The notes under the pieces are model-generated. The model worked only from the letters and a program-made list of their open reading frames with translations. It did not search any database and was not told the origin of the DNA. 64,000 nt of DNA from an uncultured Candidatus Rokubacteria bacterium (lineage in GTDB: Bacteria; Methylomirabilota; Methylomirabilia; Rokubacteriales; CSP1-6): contig CAVWWD010000005.1 of assembly GCA_963758635.1 (NCBI GenBank), positions 288,001 to 352,000 of the forward strand, in the 5' to 3' direction. The translations under genes and the position numbers were made by a program. The stretch's first letter is position 1. Every line of letters starts with the position of its first letter. Below are positions 58,676 to 64,000 of this stretch, one piece after another.

Positions 58676-59758
58676 ATGTCCGCGGACGCGCACGGCCCCG
58701 GGATCGAGGACGTCCGCGAGAGCGACCAGCTCGACTGGCCGCGGATCGACGCGTACCTCCGCGAGCGGCTCCCCGAGCTCGCGTCCGCCCCCGCCCTGGG
58801 TGCGCGGCAGTTCACCAACGGCGCCGCGAACCTCACCTACCTGCTCCGCTTCGGCGACCGCGAGCTGGTGCTGCGGCGGCCGCCTTTCGGCGCCATCGCC
58901 CCGGGCGCGCACGACATGCGCCGCGAGTGGCGCGTGCTCTCGCGGCTCTGGCGGCACTTCGATCGGGCCCCGCGCGCCTACGTCTTCTGCGACGACCCCG
59001 CGGTGGCGGGCGCGGACTTCTTCGTGATGGAGCGGCGCGCCGGCGAGGTCATCCGCGGCGCCATGCCCGCCTCCATGGAAACCCACGCGCAGGTCGGCCG
59101 CCGGGTGGGGCTGGCCGTGGTCGACGCGATGGCCGAGCTGCACGGCCTGGATCCGACCGCCGCGGAGATGGCGGACCTCGGCAAGCCCGAGGGCTTCGTG
59201 GCTCGCCAGGTCGCGGGCTGGCGGAGGCGCTGGGAGCTGGCGGAGGGACTGTCCGACCCTCGCGTGCGCGGCCCCATGGCGCGCGTGAGCGAGCGCCTCG
59301 AGCGCTCGCTGCCCGCGGCGCCGCGCGTGTCGATCGTCCACAACGATCTCAAGCTCGACAACTGCGCCTTCGACCCCGGCGACCCGGACCGGGTCCGCTC
59401 GGTCTTCGACTGGGACATGACGACGCTGGGCGATCCGCTGGTGGACCTGGGCACGCTCCTCAACTACTGGCCGGACCCGTCCGATCCGCCGGCCGTGCGA
59501 CGGGCCAGCCACGACGGGATGCGCGCCATGGGGCTGCCGGCGCGGGCGGAGGTCGTCGCCCGCTACGCTACGCTGACCGGCCTCGATCCCTCGCGCGTGC
59601 GCTGGTACGAGGCGTTCGCGCAGTGGAAGACCGCGGTGGTCGTCCAGCAGCTCCACAACCGCTGGCGGCAGGGCGCCTCCGCCGATCCCCGCCACGAGCA
59701 CATCGCCGACTCCGTCCCCGCGCTGGTGAGCGCGGCGGAGCGGCTCCTGGACGGCTAG
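58676..59758 (+). CDS. Aminoglycoside phosphotransferase-like (ACAD10-type) kinase
   Basis: NLTY, LRRPP, HDMRRE, HNDLKLDN, DWDMTTLGDPLVDLG. Confidence 0.9.
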   Translation: MSADAHGPGIEDVRESDQLDWPRIDAYLRERLPELASAPALGARQFTNGAANLTYLLRFGDRELVLRRPPFGAIAPGAHDMRREWRVLSRLWRHFDRAPRAYVFCDDPAVAGADFFVMERRAGEVIRGAMPASMETHAQVGRRVGLAVVDAMAELHGLDPTAAEMADLGKPEGFVARQVAGWRRRWELAEGLSDPRVRGPMARVSERLERSLPAAPRVSIVHNDLKLDNCAFDPGDPDRVRSVFDWDMTTLGDPLVDLGTLLNYWPDPSDPPAVRRASHDGMRAMGLPARAEVVARYATLTGLDPSRVRWYEAFAQWKTAVVVQQLHNRWRQGASADPRHEHIADSVPALVSAAERLLDG

Positions 59759-59836
59759 TGAGCCTCGCGCATCAGACTAATGCCGAGCGGTAGGACTGTA
59801 GAGGCCCGTGGCGGTTAGCGCATTCTGCGAGGGTCA
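59759..59836 (+). mobile_element. ~78-bp MITE-like element, copy 9, with CTAG target-site duplication
   Basis: ctag(59755-59758)|tgagcctcgcgca...tctgcgagggtca|ctag(59837-59840). Confidence 0.88.
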
Positions 59837-60328
59837 CTAGGGCGCCGGGCGCGACGAGCGGGGACGGTCCACGGCGGGGATCGGCCGGCGCAGGCCGGGC
59901 AGGACGAGATCGGTCGTGCCGGTCTCCGGGTCGTGCTCGACGTGCTGCAACAGCTCCCACGCCGCGCCCCGGCTGAAGCGCGCCTCGAAGCGGCCATCCA
60001 GCACCCGGCAGTACGGGATGTCCCCCGGGCCGAAGGCCAGCGTGTCCAGGTCGAGCGGCTCCCGCGAGAGGTCGTTCAGGATCACCGTCGCGGCCGCGTC
60101 GGCCATCTCCACCCGCACCACCACGTACGGCGTGTCGGCCAGCTCGACCGGCACGCGGACCGGGCCGACCTGCAGGTACGCGCCCGCGTCGTCCTGGCGG
60201 AGGTTCGAGCGGAGGTTCGCGAGGATCCCGGGGTGCGTCACCTCCACGCCTTCGGCGAGCCAGGCCCCGTCGGCGTCGATGGCCAGGCGCGGCAGCGTCC
60301 AGGTGGACGGATCGGAGGGCGCGGTCAC
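59837..60328 (-). CDS. DUF1285-like protein
   Basis: IDADGAWLAEGVEVTH, VELADTPYVV, YCRV..EARFSR. Confidence 0.7.
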   Translation of the reverse strand: MTAPSDPSTWTLPRLAIDADGAWLAEGVEVTHPGILANLRSNLRQDDAGAYLQVGPVRVPVELADTPYVVVRVEMADAAATVILNDLSREPLDLDTLAFGPGDIPYCRVLDGRFEARFSRGAAWELLQHVEHDPETGTTDLVLPGLRRPIPAVDRPRSSRPAP

Positions 60329-61563
60329 GGGAACGCCGCGGCGCAGAACGTGACCGCGCCCTCGGGATCGGGCCACTGGCTGTAGCGCAGGAGGCGGCCC
60401 CGCACGCCGGGCAGCGCGCGGAGGAACGTGTAGAGCGGCGACAGCCCACAGATGCGCCGCGCGTCGCCGTCCGCGGCCACCCCCGTGTAGAACGCGGTGA
60501 CGTCGCCATCCATCACGGAGTCGAGCATCGACCGATCGGCGGCCTCGACGGCCCGGAGCCCGCCGGCGCTGTTCGGCTCGCGGTCGCCGAAGCGTGGGCC
60601 CACGTGCGCGAGGTCCACGCCGGCGACGAGGCAGATCCGGCGCGGCGAGGCCGCCATCGTCTCGAGCAGCGCGTCCACGAAACGCGGCACCCGGCGGTCG
60701 GCCTCGGGATCGCGTCCGGTCCACACCGCCTCGTGGAGGAACGAGGCGAGGACCGGCACGATCGTGAACGGCCGCTGCGTCCCGTAGAGATGCTGGAGCA
60801 TCACGGCCTGGAACTCGATCGAGTGCTCGGCGCGGTGCGCGCCCTCGGACGCGAGGAGATCGCCCCGGAAGCGCCGGCCCAGGTCCTCCACGAACGGGTG
60901 GTCCACCGCCACCGGCCCTAGCGGCGTGTCGTAGCTCTTGAGCGTGACGGCAAAGGGATCGGCCATGCCCGCGTGGCAGGTGCCGAGGATCACGAAGAGG
61001 TCGGGGGCCTCGGCGGCGTCCGTCAGCGGGCGATAGGCCCACGCGTAGGTCGGCCCCCCGCGATGGAAGTCGATGTGCGGCGCGACGAGACCGCGGGGCG
61101 CGAGCGCCCCGGACGGTCGTCCCGGCCCCGGGCCGTCGGCATGCGCGAAGAACCCGTCGATCTGGGCGGCGAGGCCCTGGGGGTCCCCGGCGTAGGCGCC
61201 GCCCGCGTGCGCGGCCGGCCGCACCCGGCTCCGCCTGAAGGTCTCCTCGATGGCCTGCCGCCGGCGGTCAAAGGCGCTGCTGTCCAGGAAGCCGCCCGCG
61301 TCGAGCCGGTCGACGATGCCGGCGATCTGGTCGGCGCTCGGCGCCTGCCCGCGACGCCGCTCGAGCAAGGACTGGATCTCGGGCACGGAGTGCTCGCCGT
61401 CGAACAGCGAGACGAGGTCGAGCAGCGGGATCGGTAGGAGGACGACCTCCTCGGTGAAGCCGGCGGGATCGCGGAGGCCGATCATCCGCTGGCCTTCGTG
61501 CTCAACGGGGAAGGCCTCCAGGGAGCGGAGGCGTGGACGCTCGCCGGTGTCCCTCTCCGGCAC
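60325..61563 (-). CDS. AmmeMemoRadiSam system protein B (MEMO1 family)
   Basis: RPAAHAGGAY, VAPHID, EHSIEFQ, VDLAHVGPRFG, ICGLSP. Confidence 0.9.
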   Translation of the reverse strand: MPERDTGERPRLRSLEAFPVEHEGQRMIGLRDPAGFTEEVVLLPIPLLDLVSLFDGEHSVPEIQSLLERRRGQAPSADQIAGIVDRLDAGGFLDSSAFDRRRQAIEETFRRSRVRPAAHAGGAYAGDPQGLAAQIDGFFAHADGPGPGRPSGALAPRGLVAPHIDFHRGGPTYAWAYRPLTDAAEAPDLFVILGTCHAGMADPFAVTLKSYDTPLGPVAVDHPFVEDLGRRFRGDLLASEGAHRAEHSIEFQAVMLQHLYGTQRPFTIVPVLASFLHEAVWTGRDPEADRRVPRFVDALLETMAASPRRICLVAGVDLAHVGPRFGDREPNSAGGLRAVEAADRSMLDSVMDGDVTAFYTGVAADGDARRICGLSPLYTFLRALPGVRGRLLRYSQWPDPEGAVTFCAAAFP

Positions 61564-61576
61564 CTAGGTCTCCGGG

Positions 61577-62818
61577 TCAGCTCACCGCGGCATGGAGGTA
61601 GTTCAGAGCCGACGCGGCGTAAATACGCGCCGCATCGACGAGCTGGGCCACCTCGACGTACTCGTCGACCTGGTGCGGGATGAGGCGGTTGCCCGGCCCG
61701 CAGGTGACGATGGGAAGCCCCAGCTCCGTCACCAGAATTGTGCCGTCCGTGGAGCCCGGCACGCCGCCGTAGCGCGGCGCTCGGCCGGTGGCCGCCTTCA
61801 CGCCGGAGACCATCGCGCGGACGATCGGCTCCGACCGGTCGACCCGGGTCGGCAGCCGGAACGGGTTCACGGGCTCCCACTCGACCTTCACGCCGGGGCA
61901 GCGGGCCTCACCGGCCCGACAGAGGGCCTCCAGCTCCTCCCGGAGCCCGTCGCCGTCGATGCCGGGCGTGACCCTCACGTCGAGCGTCATTTCCGCCACC
62001 GCGGGAATGACGTTCGATTGCGCCACGCCCACGCCCGGCGGCGGCGCCTGGGCGATCGTCGGCGTGACCGTCGGGGGTCTCAGGTAGCGGCTCCGCTCGC
62101 AGCGGCGGCGCAGACGCCGCTCCAGGCCGGGCGCCTCCCGCAGCATCACGCCCAGGCACGCGATCGGGTTGAGGCCGGCCTCGGGCATGGCGCCGTGAGC
62201 CATCTTGCCGCGCGCGCGCACGCGCGCCCACACGACGCCCCGCTGCTCCAGGCAGATCTCGTTGTCCTCGGGCTCGCAGATGATGGCGGCGTCCAGCTCG
62301 CGGCCCACCGGCGTGGCCGCGAAGTGGCGGACGCCGATCATGCGGTCCTCCTCGTCCACGAGCGCACCCACCACCAGCTTGCCCCGTGGGTCGATCCCGG
62401 CGCGGCGGAACGCGGCGGCGGCCACCATCGCCGCGGCAAGGCCGCCCTTCATGTCCGCGGCCCCGCGCCCATGGACGCGGCCGTCGATCAGCTCGCCGCC
62501 GAACGGCGCGCGCGACCAGTGGGCGGGATCGCCCTCGGTGACGACGTCGGTGTGGCCCTCGAGGAGGAGGCTCTTCCGGCCGGACGTCTTCTCGCCGAGA
62601 CTGCCGATGACGTTCGGGCGTCCGGGCACGACCGGCTGCACCTCCACCGCGAACCCCTCGCGCCGGAGCCAGTCCTCCACGAAGGCGGCCACGCGCGACT
62701 CGTTCGCCGCGGGGTCGGCGGGGCGGTAGACGCTCGGGATGCGGACGAGGGCGCGCGTGAGCTCGACGACCTCGTCGGGATCGATGGCGGCGAGCAGCTT
62801 GGCGAGCGCCGGCTTCAT
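61577..62818 (-). CDS. M20 family metallopeptidase (ArgE/DapE-like)
   Basis: EGHTDVV, GRGAADMKGG, VDEE, HQVDEY. Confidence 0.92.
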   Translation of the reverse strand: MKPALAKLLAAIDPDEVVELTRALVRIPSVYRPADPAANESRVAAFVEDWLRREGFAVEVQPVVPGRPNVIGSLGEKTSGRKSLLLEGHTDVVTEGDPAHWSRAPFGGELIDGRVHGRGAADMKGGLAAAMVAAAAFRRAGIDPRGKLVVGALVDEEDRMIGVRHFAATPVGRELDAAIICEPEDNEICLEQRGVVWARVRARGKMAHGAMPEAGLNPIACLGVMLREAPGLERRLRRRCERSRYLRPPTVTPTIAQAPPPGVGVAQSNVIPAVAEMTLDVRVTPGIDGDGLREELEALCRAGEARCPGVKVEWEPVNPFRLPTRVDRSEPIVRAMVSGVKAATGRAPRYGGVPGSTDGTILVTELGLPIVTCGPGNRLIPHQVDEYVEVAQLVDAARIYAASALNYLHAAVS

Positions 62819-62858
62819 CGAGAAGCCCTCGGCGCGGCGGCGGCCAATGGCGGAGGCG

Positions 62859-63161
62859 TCACTCCAGGGGGAACGACAGGATGACGGCGTCGAGGCGGAT
62901 GACCCGATGCTCCTCGCCGGCGATGTAGAAGTAGTGCCCTTCCACTTCCTCGGGATTCTCCTCGAAGGCCACGACGGAGCGCAGCGGCGGCATCTCGCGG
63001 AAGGCGTTGGCGCCCTCGTCGAACCCGTCGCCGCGTCCCACCACCTCGCCGTAGCGGATCGGCGAGCCCTTGGGACAGTGCACGCGAACGTCGGCCGGGG
63101 CCTCGGCGAGGAGCCGGACGAGAAGGTTGATGCCGTAGACCTGGAACTGAATGTCAGTCAT
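62859..63161 (-). CDS. Hypothetical protein with a GroES/Cpn10-like pattern
   Basis: 100 aa; GINLLVR, GEVVGRGDG, VVAFEE and IAGEEHRVIRLDAVI parallel GroES motifs (by eye). Confidence 0.6.
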   Translation of the reverse strand: MTDIQFQVYGINLLVRLLAEAPADVRVHCPKGSPIRYGEVVGRGDGFDEGANAFREMPPLRSVVAFEENPEEVEGHYFYIAGEEHRVIRLDAVILSFPLE

Positions 63162-64000
63162 GGATCCCTCAGGGGACGGAGAGTCTCGATCATCTTAACA
63201 CAGCGTTCAGGCCCCGGCCTCCGGCTCGCCCGAGCGCAGGCCGGTGAGCGGCCCGTCCGCACGCGGCAGCGATGCGTCTCCCCCTTGCGCTCGATGGCCT
63301 CGAGCTTGTCCTGGAACCGATCCAGGGCGCGCTCGGCGTCGCCGAACTGCTTCGTCGCGTTGCCGAGGTGGGCCCCGAGCTTCTGCACGTGGTCGCGCAC
63401 GCGGGCGAGGTCGCCGCCGAGCCGGGCGAGGTCGGCCTGGATCTCGAGCGCGTTCGCCTCGATGCGCAGCCCGCGGAGCCCGAGGATGATCACCTGCAGG
63501 TACGCGTACAGGCTGTTCGGCGACACCGGCACCACGCGGCGCTCGAGGGCGGCGGCGGCGATCGACTCGTCCTCGCCGTCGGCCTTGATGATGATCTCGT
63601 AGTAGACGTTCTCCGCGGGCACGTACATCAGCGCGAAGTCGAACGTCCCCTCGTCGGGCAGGATGTACTTCCGCGCGATCTCGTCCACGCGCGTGCGCAC
63701 GTCGCGGGCAAAGGCGCGCCGCAGGAGGCGCCGCCGCTCTTCCTCTGGCTCGGCGAGCATGCGCCGGAAGTTCTCGAGCGGGAACTTCGCGTCGACGGGG
63801 ACGACGCGGCTGCCCACGAGGACGGCGGCGTCGACCTTGTCGCCGCTCCGGAACGCGTGCTGGAGCGCGTAGTGCTCGCGCGGAAGCATCTGGCCCAGCA
63901 GCTCGGCGAGGAGCGTCTCGCCGAGGCCGCCGCGCATCTTGGGCGCCTTCAGCACCTCCTCGAGGCCGCGGAGGTCACGGCCCACCTCGGCCACGCGCTG
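63158..64000 (-). CDS. rmuC: DNA recombination protein RmuC (5' part outside the window; probable frameshift in a G-run near 63280, true stop probably ~63207)
   Basis: KMRGGLGE, VPVDAKFP, KYILPDEGTFDFALMYVPAE, VSPNSL. Confidence 0.9.
   Translation of the reverse strand, partial: QRVAEVGRDLRGLEEVLKAPKMRGGLGETLLAELLGQMLPREHYALQHAFRSGDKVDAAVLVGSRVVPVDAKFPLENFRRMLAEPEEERRRLLRRAFARDVRTRVDEIARKYILPDEGTFDFALMYVPAENVYYEIIIKADGEDESIAAAALERRVVPVSPNSLYAYLQVIILGLRGLRIEANALEIQADLARLGGDLARVRDHVQKLGAHLGNATKQFGDAERALDRFQDKLEAIERKGETHRCRVRTGRSPACARASRRPGPERCVKMIETLRPLRDP

Overview
A very GC-rich (visually >70%) bacterial chromosome segment, made up mostly of core genes. It starts with metK, a GH57 enzyme and the rapZ-hpf-rpoN-lptBAC-kdsCDA-pyrG block. 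Then come xerD, murJ, rpsT, holA-lptE-leuS, uvrC/uvrB and a class II ribonucleotide reductase with an intein. The rest holds a TolC/MacA/MacB-type efflux cluster, nth, ABC exporters, corA, suhB, a MEMO1-family gene and rmuC. Gene order and composition are compatible with a diderm such as Ca. Rokubacteria/Methylomirabilota (inference, not verified). Many conserved genes carry single-base frameshifts, most likely long-read indel errors. No rRNA, tRNA, transposase or true CRISPR array was found. Most notable: (1) a ~78-bp MITE-like element in 9 copies at 6 loci, including a 4-copy tandem array; it targets C(T/A/G)AG and supplies stop codons or C-termini to host genes; (2) a 45-bp tandem hairpin array enclosed by a perfect 16-bp inverted repeat that abuts the -35 box of an HNH endonuclease gene; (3) a peroxiredoxin with an in-frame TGA (probable selenocysteine, UxxC); (4) a Gln-terminated LAGLIDADG intein in NrdJ; (5) an orphan divergent GroES-like ORF; (6) a collapsed RND adaptor/permease fusion; (7) a diverged ~95-bp motif duplicated in two successive intergenic regions.
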